From positions 6,956 to 70,955 of the forward strand of contig JAGBHZ010000003.1 in assembly GCA_017935245.1 (NCBI GenBank): DNA of 64,000 nt, read 5' to 3'. Each line of letters begins with the position of its first letter. The first letter of the stretch is position 1. Both the position numbers and the translations under genes were made by a program. This DNA is from Alphaproteobacteria bacterium. Lineage in GTDB: Bacteria; Pseudomonadota; Alphaproteobacteria; Rs-D84. Below, in pieces: positions 1 to 9,534 of this stretch. Under the pieces are notes generated by a model. It made no database searches, had not been told where the DNA came from, and saw only the letters and a list, made by a program, of their open reading frames with translations.

Positions 1-939
1 AGTCGTGGGGATCGTGCTCGCAAAGAAACACTGTCCCAATATGGTTTTCGTTTGCCGGCATGTGTTGATAACCGACCATTGACGTTTGAAGAGTGGGACA
101 TGCTGCGTCCGCAAACAATTTTTGTGTCGGCAACACCGGCGCAATGGGAACTGGAACAATCGGGGGGAATTGTTTCAGAACAGGTTATTCGGCCCACCGG
201 TTTGTTGGACCCGGTATGTGATGTTCGACCAACCCAGCACCAGGTTGATGATTTATTAGAACAAATTAAATTAACATCGGGACGGGTGTTGGTTACAACA
301 CTGACCAAAAAAATGGCAGAGCAATTAACCGACTATTTGAACGAAAATGGGGTTCGGGCCAAATATCTGCACAGTGATATTGAAACACTGGAACGTATTG
401 AATTGTTGCGTGATTTGCGATTGGGAAAATTTGATGTCTTGGTTGGAATTAATTTATTGCGCGAAGGGCTGGATGTGCCCGAATGCGAATTGGTTGCGAT
501 TATGGATGCAGATAAAGAAGGTTTCTTGCGTTCGACACGTTCACTGATTCAGACAATTGGACGTGCGGCGCGCAATGCAAATGGGCGGGTGATTCTGTAT
601 GCGGATAAAATTACAGATTCTATGAAATTTGCGCTGGATGAAACATCGCGACGTCGCGCAAAGCAGATGGCATATAATGCGGAACATGGTATTGTTCCAA
701 AAACAGTTACCAAGGCCGTATTTGCAGAGGTTGGTGAAAAACAGGAAAAGACAGATAAATCACGCCGTTTTGTTTATGATAAATCAGGCGGGGTTATGGA
801 TGCAGATTCGCTGCGCAAAGAAATTGCAAAGTTAAATAAAAAAATGCGCAGTGCGGCCGAAGACCTGGAATTTGAATTGGCGGCGGAAATTCGCGATGCA
901 ATTCATAAATTAGAAGACGATTTATTATTGGTGGAATAA
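1..939 (+). CDS. uvrB: Excinuclease ABC subunit B, C-terminal part (5' end outside window)
   Basis: Frame open from nt 1 ([32 protein letters not shown]). Helicase motifs [14 protein letters not shown] and [10 protein letters not shown]-terminal UVR motif [12 protein letters not shown]. Confidence 0.95.
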   Translation, partial: SRGDRARKETLSQYGFRLPACVDNRPLTFEEWDMLRPQTIFVSATPAQWELEQSGGIVSEQVIRPTGLLDPVCDVRPTQHQVDDLLEQIKLTSGRVLVTTLTKKMAEQLTDYLNENGVRAKYLHSDIETLERIELLRDLRLGKFDVLVGINLLREGLDVPECELVAIMDADKEGFLRSTRSLIQTIGRAARNANGRVILYADKITDSMKFALDETSRRRAKQMAYNAEHGIVPKTVTKAVFAEVGEKQEKTDKSRRFVYDKSGGVMDADSLRKEIAKLNKKMRSAAEDLEFELAAEIRDAIHKLEDDLLLVE

Positions 940-940
940 G

Positions 941-1339
941 ATGAAAGAGTATTTTTTAAACAATATAGATGAAACACGCGCATGGGCACGAGATTTTGCG
1001 GGGACATTAACTGCGCCGTGTGTGGTTGCATTGCATGGGGATTTAGGTATGGGAAAATCTGAAATCGCACGCACGATAATTCAAACACTGCGCGGGGCGG
1101 ACACCGTTGTCCCCAGTCCCACTTTTACAATCGTGCAATCGTATGATGGAATATCACATTTTGATTTATATCGGGTCGAAGATGCGTCAGAATTAGTGGA
1201 AATCGGATTAGACCATGCAATCGCAAACGATATCACATTAATCGAGTGGCCCGAAATCGCAGAACATATGTTACCAAAAAATACAATTCATATCTTTATA
1301 ACACAACATAATGATGGGCGAAAAATAGTTATTGGGTAA
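941..1339 (+). CDS. tsaE: tRNA t6A37 biosynthesis protein TsaE (YjeE ATPase)
   Basis: 132 aa with P-loop GDLGMGKSEIAR, SPTFTIVQSY and HFDLYR. ATG lies 1 nt after the uvrB stop. Confidence 0.85.
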   Translation: MKEYFLNNIDETRAWARDFAGTLTAPCVVALHGDLGMGKSEIARTIIQTLRGADTVVPSPTFTIVQSYDGISHFDLYRVEDASELVEIGLDHAIANDITLIEWPEIAEHMLPKNTIHIFITQHNDGRKIVIG

Positions 1340-1462
1340 ATGTTATGAATACGTACCTGTGGTGGGGTGGGGCGGTTTAGTGTATTATTTATATGTGGAT
1401 TTCAGTGATTCTGGGCGTGTATGCGCATGGGTTTCTGAGGTTCCGAAACCACATCCCTAAAT

Positions 1463-1490
1463 AAAAATCCCGGCATCGCCGGGATTTTTT
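1463..1490. terminator. Bidirectional intrinsic terminator
   Basis: AAAAATCCCGGCATCGCCGGGATTTTTT: GC hairpin flanked by an A-run and a T-run, between convergent tsaE and the 1489..2151 gene. Confidence 0.7.
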
Positions 1491-2151
1491 ATTTCTGCAT
1501 TTGTTTTATTGGTGGAAAACAATCGCCACCAGATTTTGGACAGCATGCAAATGTTAAATTACCAAGGTCTTTGAATACTTCGTCATTACAGCAGCCGTAT
1601 TTGTTGGGTGCACTGCCATCGGCGCACAGGCCATTGTTTATATTTTCAATGCGTTGTTCATCGGTTAATTCGGGAACCGGTTCAGTATCGGATTCAACCG
1701 AAACCTTAATCGGGGGGAAACAATCGCCACCCGTTTCAGGACAACAATTAAATCCCAGTTCCCCCATGTCCATATAAATTTCGCCCGGACAACATCCGTT
1801 TTCGTCGGGTGTTTCGCATGTGTTGTCCACCGGTTCGGTGTCATTAACAGGATTTTGTTCGGTGGCAGTGTCTGTGTTTTCAGATGTTTTTATCTGTGTA
1901 CGTGATTTTGCAATCGATCGTGATGAACGGACGCCGGCGCGTTTTGTGCAATTTGTGCGTTGCATCTTCTTTAATTCTTCGATTTGTTTAGTTGTGTCAG
2001 CGTCGGGTGATTCAATTGCCGATAATTCCGCAATTTCGGCCGCAATTTCATCACAAGATTTACGTTCAGAAACCGATGCGCCATCGGTCGCAAATGCAGC
2101 GGTTGCAAAACCCGCGACAAGTGAAAAAATAGCCAATTTGTATGTTTTCAT
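1489..2151 (-). CDS. Secreted cysteine-rich protein with a duplicated CC..CCP..GGDCFPPIK module
   Basis: Signal peptide MKTYKLAIFSLVAGFATAAFA. Two about 40-aa modules: GCCPGEIYMDMGELGFNCCPETGGDCFPPIK and GCCNDEVFKDLGNLTFACCPKSGGDCFPPIK. Start abuts the upstream gene's stop. Confidence 0.6.
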   Translation of the reverse strand: MKTYKLAIFSLVAGFATAAFATDGASVSERKSCDEIAAEIAELSAIESPDADTTKQIEELKKMQRTNCTKRAGVRSSRSIAKSRTQIKTSENTDTATEQNPVNDTEPVDNTCETPDENGCCPGEIYMDMGELGFNCCPETGGDCFPPIKVSVESDTEPVPELTDEQRIENINNGLCADGSAPNKYGCCNDEVFKDLGNLTFACCPKSGGDCFPPIKQMQK

Positions 2152-2152
2152 A

Positions 2153-2722
2153 TTACTGCCTGTTTATTATTTTTTTAACCGACAGAATAAAATCAATTGT
2201 CGGATTGGTTAGTTCTTTTGCCATTTCAAAGATTTCTTCGGCGGCGGCCTGCATGTTCAGGCGTTTATAGGTTTCTACAACCTCTATCGTGTCTTGCTGA
2301 TTAAACTCGTCATCCGACAGGGCGCGTGCGATTTCCAATTCTTGCTTTGCCAGGTCATAATATTTTTGATGGTTTTCCGGGCAACCTCGTTCCGACAGAT
2401 TTGCATAAATTTTTGCGCGTTCGATACGGTCATCTTGGGTTGCAAACTTATCACCGTTTGGCAGACGTACCAATAATGATTCTTCGATTATTGTGCATGT
2501 TTGGGTTGTATCTGGTGTTTGTGGTTCCGATTTTGGTGTGCTTGATGCATCGGACGCATGGGCGGGTTTAAAACCGCTGCTTGAATTGCCGCCAATGCCA
2601 ACCCCAACCATTACGCCACATATAAATAGCATGATAAGTGCGAACCATCCCCAAAAACGCTGCTTGCGCGAATATACGACGCGATATTGTTTTTTTGTGG
2701 ACTTGGGATTATTGTTTTTCAT
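2153..2722 (-). CDS. Hypothetical single-pass membrane protein
   Basis: MKNNNPKSTKKQ..., then TM FWGWFALIMLFICGVMVGVGIG, a Ser/Thr/Pro linker and a helical C-domain. ATG at 2722 chosen over 2767 because it avoids overlap with lolD and follows GAGAGAG. Confidence 0.5.
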   Translation of the reverse strand: MKNNNPKSTKKQYRVVYSRKQRFWGWFALIMLFICGVMVGVGIGGNSSSGFKPAHASDASSTPKSEPQTPDTTQTCTIIEESLLVRLPNGDKFATQDDRIERAKIYANLSERGCPENHQKYYDLAKQELEIARALSDDEFNQQDTIEVVETYKRLNMQAAAEEIFEMAKELTNPTIDFILSVKKIINRQ

Positions 2723-2750
2723 TTTTTTCTCTCTCGTTCTCTCGCATTTA

Positions 2751-3461
2751 TTATACCACAATTCCATCGCGAATTGTAATTATTTTATCAGCCCGCTGGG
2801 CCAGGGTCATGTCGTGGGTTACAAATAACATTGCCATTTTGTTTTTGCGTACCAAATCCAGTAACAGATCAAACACAGTCATTGCATGGTTCGGATCCAG
2901 GTTTCCCGTTGGTTCGTCCGCCAATAAAATGTCAGGATTATTTGCCAATGCGCGTGCGACGGCGGTGCGCTGTTGTTCGCCACCCGACATTTGCCCAGGC
3001 AGGTGGCCGGCGCGATGTGCAACATTTGCCGCGCGTAATAATTTTAATGCGCGCGCACGTGCGTCAATTTCGGATACGTCGTTTGCCAGCATTGGTAGCA
3101 TCACATTTTCAAGTGCCGTAAAATCAGACAGTAGGTTGTGCTTCTGGTATACAAAGCCGATTTTTTTGCGACGGATTTGCGTGCGCATATCTTCGTCCAT
3201 TTTCTGGACAGATGCGCCGGATATCATAATGCTGCCTGATGTTGGTCGGTCCAGCAGGCCCACGCATTGCAATAATGTTGATTTGCCAGAACCAGACGCG
3301 CCAACTAATGCGATAATCTCGCCCCGGTGCAGGTCAAATCCGCCACCACGCAAAATGTGCAGGGGCTGACCACCTTCGATAAAAGTTTTTTTAATATCGC
3401 GTACCGACATAACGATGTCGTCGGTTTTTATTTTTGATAAAGAATTTAATATACTGGTCAT
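2751..3461 (-). CDS. lolD: Lipoprotein-releasing system ATP-binding protein LolD
   Basis: Walker A GASGSGKSTLL, ABC signature MSGGEQQRTAVARAL, Walker B ILLADEPTGNLD. Directly follows the LolC/E-type permease. Confidence 0.85.
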   Translation of the reverse strand: MTSILNSLSKIKTDDIVMSVRDIKKTFIEGGQPLHILRGGGFDLHRGEIIALVGASGSGKSTLLQCVGLLDRPTSGSIMISGASVQKMDEDMRTQIRRKKIGFVYQKHNLLSDFTALENVMLPMLANDVSEIDARARALKLLRAANVAHRAGHLPGQMSGGEQQRTAVARALANNPDILLADEPTGNLDPNHAMTVFDLLLDLVRKNKMAMLFVTHDMTLAQRADKIITIRDGIVV

Positions 3462-4715
3462 TTATTCGTTCCTTAAAACCTCTACTGGGTCGGTGTTGGC
3501 GGCTTTCCATGCGGGGTACAGGGTCGCCAAAAATGATAACGTAATCGCCAAAATTGCAATGCCGGCAACACTGGTTAATTCCAGTTTTGATGGTAATTCA
3601 GACAGGTAATATAATTCGGCCGGAAATAAATCACGCCCGGTTAACATCTGAATAAACTGGCGTATGGGTTCGATATAAATCGCAATCAGTACACCAAATA
3701 TCGTGCCGAAAAATGTACCAATCACACCGATTGATGTTCCCGACAGGATAAATATCCGCATCATTGATTTACGCGATACACCAAATGTGCGCAAGACAGC
3801 GATGTCTTTATTTTTATCTTTGACCAACATAACCAGGGACGAGATTATATTAAATGCCGCCACAATCACAATCAGCATCAATATCAAAAACATAACATTA
3901 GATTCAACCTGAAGCGCGCCAACAAATCCGCGATTTAATTCGCGCCAATCACGTACAACAAATCCGTCTGGTAATAATTCTAGCAATGATTGTTGGACGG
4001 CGGTTGTGTCTTCGGGGTCTTTTAAGAATATATCAATATGTGTTACCGCGTTGCCGATATTTAAATACTTTTGTGCGGTTTCCAAAGGCATAAATATATA
4101 TCCAGAATCATATTCATACATTCCCATAAAGAAAGACGACATTACCGGATATGACATAATGCGTGGCATGGAACCAAACGGTGTTGGTGTTGCGGCATTG
4201 GCCGATACCAATGAAATATTGTCCCCCATTGTTACACGCAGGGCCCGTGTCAGGGACGCACCCGCGACCAATTCGCCGTCACGAATCCCATCCAATGGTT
4301 TGCCATAAATGCGTGTGCCGGAATTTGTTTTTTTCTGTAAATCATCCATACGAATACCACGTATCATGGCGCCCGTATTGTTGCCACCGGCGGTGGCCAT
4401 AACCTGGCCTTCGGCGATGGGGACGATTGATGTGGCGTGGGTTGAAACAACCTTGTTTTGTTTCATTTTATCAATCAGGAAATCAAAATCGGATATTGCG
4501 CCATCTTGGTGATACACCACAACGTGGCCGTTCATTCCAATAATGCGCCCCAATAATGTGTCGTGAAACCCACCCATAACCGACATCACAACAATCAATG
4601 TTGCAACGCCCAGCATAATACCAATTAATGAAACCCATGATATCACAGAACCAAAACCGCGACGTTTCGCGCCCAGATATCTAAATGCTATTTTTCGTTC
4701 CAGTTTTGAAAACAT
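3462..4715 (-). CDS. lolC: Lipoprotein-releasing system permease (LolC/LolE family; only one copy present)
   Basis: 417 aa with MacB/FtsX topology: N-terminal TM, large periplasmic domain, three C-terminal TMs. Begins FRYLGAKRR and ends YPAWKAANTDPVEVLRNE. Its stop abuts the lolD start. Confidence 0.85.
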   Translation of the reverse strand: MFSKLERKIAFRYLGAKRRGFGSVISWVSLIGIMLGVATLIVVMSVMGGFHDTLLGRIIGMNGHVVVYHQDGAISDFDFLIDKMKQNKVVSTHATSIVPIAEGQVMATAGGNNTGAMIRGIRMDDLQKKTNSGTRIYGKPLDGIRDGELVAGASLTRALRVTMGDNISLVSANAATPTPFGSMPRIMSYPVMSSFFMGMYEYDSGYIFMPLETAQKYLNIGNAVTHIDIFLKDPEDTTAVQQSLLELLPDGFVVRDWRELNRGFVGALQVESNVMFLILMLIVIVAAFNIISSLVMLVKDKNKDIAVLRTFGVSRKSMMRIFILSGTSIGVIGTFFGTIFGVLIAIYIEPIRQFIQMLTGRDLFPAELYYLSELPSKLELTSVAGIAILAITLSFLATLYPAWKAANTDPVEVLRNE

Positions 4716-4729
4716 TTCTAGTATTACCT

Positions 4730-6073
4730 TTATTCACTTAAAAATGCGCGCAGGGCGTCGCCCGCCAATGGTGTTAATGCGTCGTTTGGTATTTTAGCCG
4801 CGTCCACAATTGATATTAACCGCGGCGACATAAATACAACCAATTCTGCAAATGGGCTGATTAAGGTTTCAGGGGTCGTTACAAAAGAGTGCGTTGGAAT
4901 ACCAACAATTACATAGTTGTCCCCAACGCTGGATGGCACGTCAAACGATGACAGTTCACCATTGCTGGTGCGCAGAACGATTTTTGCGTCGATTTTATCG
5001 CGGCCCGCATAATCGCCATAGGTGGCCGTTGCGCCAATTATCAGGTCTGTTTCCAGGCGTTCTTCTTTGCTGCATTGGCCGATATCAAATCGGGATTGCC
5101 ATCCGTTTGGAATTACAAATTGACCCTGGGATATTAAAACAACGTTTGCCTGTTGCGACAGGAATTCTTGTAATGTTTTTGTGTTTATTTCCGAACTGGT
5201 AACAAGGGTGCGCCCAACAACACCGGGAATTGACATCTTGATATTCTTGTCGCCAAATGCCGGCAACAGGTTCATCCAAATAATTGGATTGTCGGTGCGT
5301 GGATATACACGATATACATCAACGTCCCATCCAATCATATATTTCTTGGATGCAATGTCAGATATGATTTTTGCAACTTCGCGCTCGGTCTGATAGTTGC
5401 CTTCGAATACAACGGTTTTATCATCCCAATTGACAATCAGGTTGCGCATGTTGGCACCATGCATTGCGTCCAGTAATGCCATGATAATACTTTCGTTTTT
5501 TGGCATGTTGATAAGCCATTTTCCACGATGAGTTAGGTGAATTTCACCAACCGCTTCGTCATATGAATAATATGCGTGGCCCATTTTGGCCATCAATTCA
5601 ACCGCATCAGACAGTGCGCCCGATGTTATTGTGCCGGTTATGCGTTCAATCATTTCGCCATCTTCAACAACGGATATGTCGGTCCCGTCAAGTAATTTGT
5701 CCAATGCCTGTTTCACAGTCAGTTTTTTAAATTCATAATCAGAAACCTGTAAATCGGGCAGGGGGTCCCCCGTTTCCAGGCGAATTATTTCAATTTTTTC
5801 TTCGGGAACAATGGAAACAATATTCTGGTTGTTCCAATCGACGCTGCATCGTTTTGGTAAATCAATTGAAAAACGACGGGCCGTGTCGGTGGTTAATGCC
5901 GCCTTCTTAGGAAAAATTGGAACAGAATTTTCGTTGATAACCAATGTGTCAACAACAGTTATATTGTCATACATGGGTTCTGGGGTCTGGTTTTTTGATG
6001 CACATGCCGACACGGCAAACACGGCAATTATTCCCAATATTGTTGGTTTAAAATATCGTGTGATGATGTTCAT
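4730..6073 (-). CDS. Outer-membrane lipoprotein with secretin-like C-terminal signature
   Basis: Lipobox AVSAC|AS. STN/N0-like LTVKQALDKLLDGTDISVV and N-domain-like IVNWDDKTVVFEGNYQTEREVAKIISDI. C-terminal ELVVFMSPRLI resembles the secretin ELxIxxTPxxV end motif. Lies 14 nt upstream of lolC. Confidence 0.5.
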   Translation of the reverse strand: MNIITRYFKPTILGIIAVFAVSACASKNQTPEPMYDNITVVDTLVINENSVPIFPKKAALTTDTARRFSIDLPKRCSVDWNNQNIVSIVPEEKIEIIRLETGDPLPDLQVSDYEFKKLTVKQALDKLLDGTDISVVEDGEMIERITGTITSGALSDAVELMAKMGHAYYSYDEAVGEIHLTHRGKWLINMPKNESIIMALLDAMHGANMRNLIVNWDDKTVVFEGNYQTEREVAKIISDIASKKYMIGWDVDVYRVYPRTDNPIIWMNLLPAFGDKNIKMSIPGVVGRTLVTSSEINTKTLQEFLSQQANVVLISQGQFVIPNGWQSRFDIGQCSKEERLETDLIIGATATYGDYAGRDKIDAKIVLRTSNGELSSFDVPSSVGDNYVIVGIPTHSFVTTPETLISPFAELVVFMSPRLISIVDAAKIPNDALTPLAGDALRAFLSE

Positions 6074-6102
6074 GTGTTTTCTCCCTGGTATAGTATATCT
6101 TA

Positions 6103-6426
6103 CTAAATATTCATTAATTTTTCAAATTCAGATAATGTCATTTCGTGTATTGGTTTCTGGGTTGGGGTGGTTAAATCACGTACATGTTCAAACTGTTTAT
6201 TAAAACGTTCGATTACTGATTTGATTTCAGGTGATAATTGTATCCCAGATTGGGTCAAGCGGCGACCGTATTCAACAACAAATTCTAAAACGTCCGCCGC
6301 ATAGAAACGACCAACATAATTTTCAATGGCGATGCCACCCTTTTGAACACAGATGGCCGACATTAACATAGCGGTTTGATTGTAATAGTTTGCCAGTTTA
6401 ATAAATGTTTGAACAGACAATGCCAT
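6103..6426 (-). CDS. Hypothetical protein (107 aa)
   Basis: ORF only. Same strand as, and 29 nt upstream of, the lipoprotein gene. No recognisable motif. Confidence 0.4.
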   Translation of the reverse strand: MALSVQTFIKLANYYNQTAMLMSAICVQKGGIAIENYVGRFYAADVLEFVVEYGRRLTQSGIQLSPEIKSVIERFNKQFEHVRDLTTPTQKPIHEMTLSEFEKLMNI

Positions 6427-6502
6427 GTATGAATTCCTTTACTGTTTCATGTCTATTATAAAAACTATTGCCCCATAAACGCAAATAAATTATAATAGAA
6501 TC

Positions 6503-6892
6503 ATGAGAATAAAATTCCTGGGGGTTTTTTTTGTGATTTTTATGCTGGGGGGATGTGCGTCGCCAAACCGGGGCAGTATTGATGATGCAACAATACTAAA
6601 CTGGGAAAACGAGGCCGTTACCACAGAACAATTTGTGCGGGATCATAAATCGTGCCTGGGGATTAATAAGCCAGATTATCTGCCGCGGTCAAGAATTGCA
6701 AAACTGTTGTCGCCAAATCAAAGTGGCTTGATGCCGGATTGGGACGGACTGTGGGTTACGTTTCAGTCAAATGAATACAAAGATGTTGGACAGCGCGCAT
6801 TGCTGTCGGTTCCACGTAATCAATCGTCAAAAACCGTTGGGGCCTATCGCAGATGCATGTTTCGGCGGGGATATCTGTTGCGGGCAATGTAA
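6503..6892 (+). CDS. Small lipoprotein (129 aa)
   Basis: Signal plus lipobox FMLGGC|ASP. No recognisable domain. Confidence 0.5.
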   Translation: MRIKFLGVFFVIFMLGGCASPNRGSIDDATILNWENEAVTTEQFVRDHKSCLGINKPDYLPRSRIAKLLSPNQSGLMPDWDGLWVTFQSNEYKDVGQRALLSVPRNQSSKTVGAYRRCMFRRGYLLRAM

Positions 6893-6896
6893 AATC

Positions 6897-6974
6897 AAAG
6901 TTCAAAGTGCAAATAATGCTGTGCGTCATCGGTGCATACAATAATTGAAAATTGAACTCTGAACTTTGAACTTT
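6897..6974. repeat. Inverted repeat in the ftsQ upstream region
   Basis: AAAGTTCAAAGT (6897-6908) and its exact reverse complement ACTTTGAACTTT (6963-6974). The right side also carries GAACT three times. Confidence 0.7.
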
Positions 6975-7001
6975 TGTGTTTTTTATGATATAGTGTCAGT
7001 T

Positions 7002-7679
7002 ATGAAACGTTCAATCTGGTTTTGGTTATGTTTTGTTGTCGCAATCGTGATGGCGATTTATTTCGCAACCCGTATCATAATGGTTGGGATGGGGCGTGGA
7101 AAACTGGCCATGGTTAACAATGTTTCAATCGTTACAGATTCACGGGATGCAGATATGGACGCAATGCGTGCGGCGGTGGGGGGACTGGTCCGTAATAGTT
7201 ACAAGGTTGATTTAGATGCGCTGAACGCGCGAATTGGTGCGGTGCCGGGGGTGAAAAAATCGGCGGTGCGTCGGTTACCAAATGGTAATCTGGCCGTGCG
7301 GGCCGATATGTATCGGGCCGTTGCACAGTGGTCGGATGGCGAGAATTTCTTTCCTTTGTCGGCCGATGGTACGGTCGTGAACAGCCCCAGTGATGTACGT
7401 GATCCGGGTGCGGTTGTATTCGTTGGGACAATCCCAGATGATATATCGGATATAACGGCGGCCGCACGAAATATGGTGGCGGATGTCGCGTATTTACAAT
7501 GGATTGAAAATCGTCGTTGGGATTTGGTAACGGTTGATGGTATAACAATTATGTTGCCGGAACAAAACCCTGTTCAGGCAATTAGTACGTTAATTGCGCT
7601 GGATCGTGCGCATAATTTGCTGGGGAAAAAAATTACGGTGATTGATATGCGTGATGATGCGCGCATATTGGTTAAATAA
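7002..7679 (+). CDS. ftsQ: Cell division protein FtsQ
   Basis: N-terminal TM WFWLCFVVAIVMAIYFATRII, POTRA-like region, C-terminal ITIMLPEQNPVQAISTLIALDRAHNLLGKKITVIDMR. Followed by the ftsA-like gene. ATG 7002 preferred over TTG 6966. Confidence 0.75.
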   Translation: MKRSIWFWLCFVVAIVMAIYFATRIIMVGMGRGKLAMVNNVSIVTDSRDADMDAMRAAVGGLVRNSYKVDLDALNARIGAVPGVKKSAVRRLPNGNLAVRADMYRAVAQWSDGENFFPLSADGTVVNSPSDVRDPGAVVFVGTIPDDISDITAAARNMVADVAYLQWIENRRWDLVTVDGITIMLPEQNPVQAISTLIALDRAHNLLGKKITVIDMRDDARILVK

Positions 7680-7702
7680 TTACGTATGCGGATTTGTAAA
7701 AC

Positions 7703-9478
7703 ATGAATATGTTTGATTCTTGTTTTTTGTGTCTGGATATTGGCACGTCGGGTGTGCGGGGTATTGCGCATCATGTAAAGTCGGGGCACAGGGCAAAATC
7801 TGCGGTGTTTTCTGTGGACAGTTATGATACAATTTTTGCAATTAAATCTGTTATTAATGAATTGGAACATCAAATTGGAAGAAATTTAGATTCTGCGTAT
7901 ATAACTGGAAATTTTGGGCCGTCGGTGTATAAAGCCGTGATGAAAAGTACCACATGGAACGGGGAACATAAAATTGTAAATTCAGATATAAAAAATCTGA
8001 TTTCGCAAATTGTGCCACCCGATGAATTTCAACCAATTCATATCGTGCCATTGGCGTACAGTCGGCCCGGCGCGCGGGATATGCGAAATCCGGTTGGTGC
8101 CGTGGATCGCCAATTGGCGGCGGTGTTTGGTACGATTTTTTATAGGCATGATAGATTAGATAATGTTTATTCTTTGATGCGACATGCATATATTCAGCCA
8201 AATGCGTTCTTTGACCCGCAATATTTACAAAATGCGGTGTTTAGAAAACATAAGCAAAATACAATGTTTATTGATTTTGGGGCGGAATTTACATCGGCGT
8301 CAATTTGGACAGATAGGGGGCCGGTGTGGCATGTGAAAATTCCAATTGGGGGAACAAAAATTACAACCGATATATCAGAAACACTGGGGGTGGATTTTGA
8401 CGCGGCCGAACGTATAAAACGTGCCGTTGCAGATTTAATACCAAAAGAAATGGATAGATTTACGCCGGCAGATACCGCGTATGGTTTTTCGCGTGGTGAT
8501 GTTAATGATATCATATTGCCAATAATGATTGATGTAATTGGACAAATTCGAGATGGTGGAAGTGTCGCAATTGAAAAATATAGGCCCACGCGGATTGTTA
8601 TTACCGGGGGTGGTGCCGAAATGGGCGGTGTGCGCGATTTAATTGAAAATACGTTTGCAGTCCCAACCGAGATGATGCAGGCCGATGCATCGGTACGGGC
8701 ATTGTCTGAATATGTATGGGAATTGTTTGCCGATAAACGTAATGCGTATCGTGCGCGACATGATAAAATCTATGGGATTGTTGATTCTGTAACGGGATTG
8801 TTTCGGCCAAAGAAAAAGAAACAAAAATCAAGATTTGTTCCAATTTTACCAAGTACGCTGTGTTTCAATATGACGCGTCCAGAAACATATTCGATGTTTA
8901 AATCGGGCGGTATTTCGATGATTCATGTCGATATTATGGATGGCTTTTATGTTGATAAAGTATCAGGGGGAATAAAACTAATTAAATTTATTAATTCGCA
9001 TACAGATGCACACTTGCACGTGCATTTAATGACCGAAAGTCCAAATGTATGGGCGGCGGATGCAATTGCCGCCGGGGCCGATACGGTTATTTTATCGACC
9101 AATACATCGGGTGTGCGGGATGCCGTGCGAACGGTGCGGGCGGCGGGAAAACGTGTGGGAATTGCGCTAAATCCAGATTCATCGGTTTCGTTGTTAAAAG
9201 ATATATTGCGCGACCTGGACGAAGTGATGATTATGACCGTTGCGCCCGGTGCGGCGGGCCAAGATTTTAGGCCAGATTGTTTGCATAAAATATCTGTGTT
9301 GGCGGCGACGCGTAAAAAGTACGGATTAAAATTCTTGATATCGGTTGATGGTGGAATAAATGACAAGACGGCCCAGATGTGCTGGGATGCGGGGGCGGAT
9401 TTGTTGGTTAGTGGCTCTTATTTAGCAAACAGTCCCGATTTCCCATTGGCGGTGCAAAGTTTGTTAAAACATGAATAA
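7703..9478 (+). CDS. Fusion protein: divergent FtsA-like actin-fold ATPase (aa 1 to about 370) plus ribulose-phosphate 3-epimerase (aa about 378-591)
   Basis: N-part: CLDIGTSGVRGIA (phosphate-1), IDFGAEFTSASI, IVITGGGAEMGGV, and position after ftsQ. C-part: ILPSTLCFN, HVDIMDG, HVHLM, MTVAPGAAGQ, VDGGIN (Rpe metal and catalytic motifs). Single uninterrupted 591-codon ORF. Confidence 0.8.
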   Translation: MNMFDSCFLCLDIGTSGVRGIAHHVKSGHRAKSAVFSVDSYDTIFAIKSVINELEHQIGRNLDSAYITGNFGPSVYKAVMKSTTWNGEHKIVNSDIKNLISQIVPPDEFQPIHIVPLAYSRPGARDMRNPVGAVDRQLAAVFGTIFYRHDRLDNVYSLMRHAYIQPNAFFDPQYLQNAVFRKHKQNTMFIDFGAEFTSASIWTDRGPVWHVKIPIGGTKITTDISETLGVDFDAAERIKRAVADLIPKEMDRFTPADTAYGFSRGDVNDIILPIMIDVIGQIRDGGSVAIEKYRPTRIVITGGGAEMGGVRDLIENTFAVPTEMMQADASVRALSEYVWELFADKRNAYRARHDKIYGIVDSVTGLFRPKKKKQKSRFVPILPSTLCFNMTRPETYSMFKSGGISMIHVDIMDGFYVDKVSGGIKLIKFINSHTDAHLHVHLMTESPNVWAADAIAAGADTVILSTNTSGVRDAVRTVRAAGKRVGIALNPDSSVSLLKDILRDLDEVMIMTVAPGAAGQDFRPDCLHKISVLAATRKKYGLKFLISVDGGINDKTAQMCWDAGADLLVSGSYLANSPDFPLAVQSLLKHE

Positions 9479-9534
9479 ATAAACACTTGATTTTATGTCT
9501 AGATAATATATAATCGTAAAGCTTTGAATTTGTT

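Noticed and set aside
1340-1460. GT-rich intergenic strings (GGTTTAGTG, TGTGG repeats) seen at 1350-1440, 49593-49630 and 52790-52870, as a possible repeat family.
   Set aside because: Only short (8-9 nt) shared words without alignable flanks. This is compatible with compositional bias of intergenic DNA and is not enough to call a repeat.
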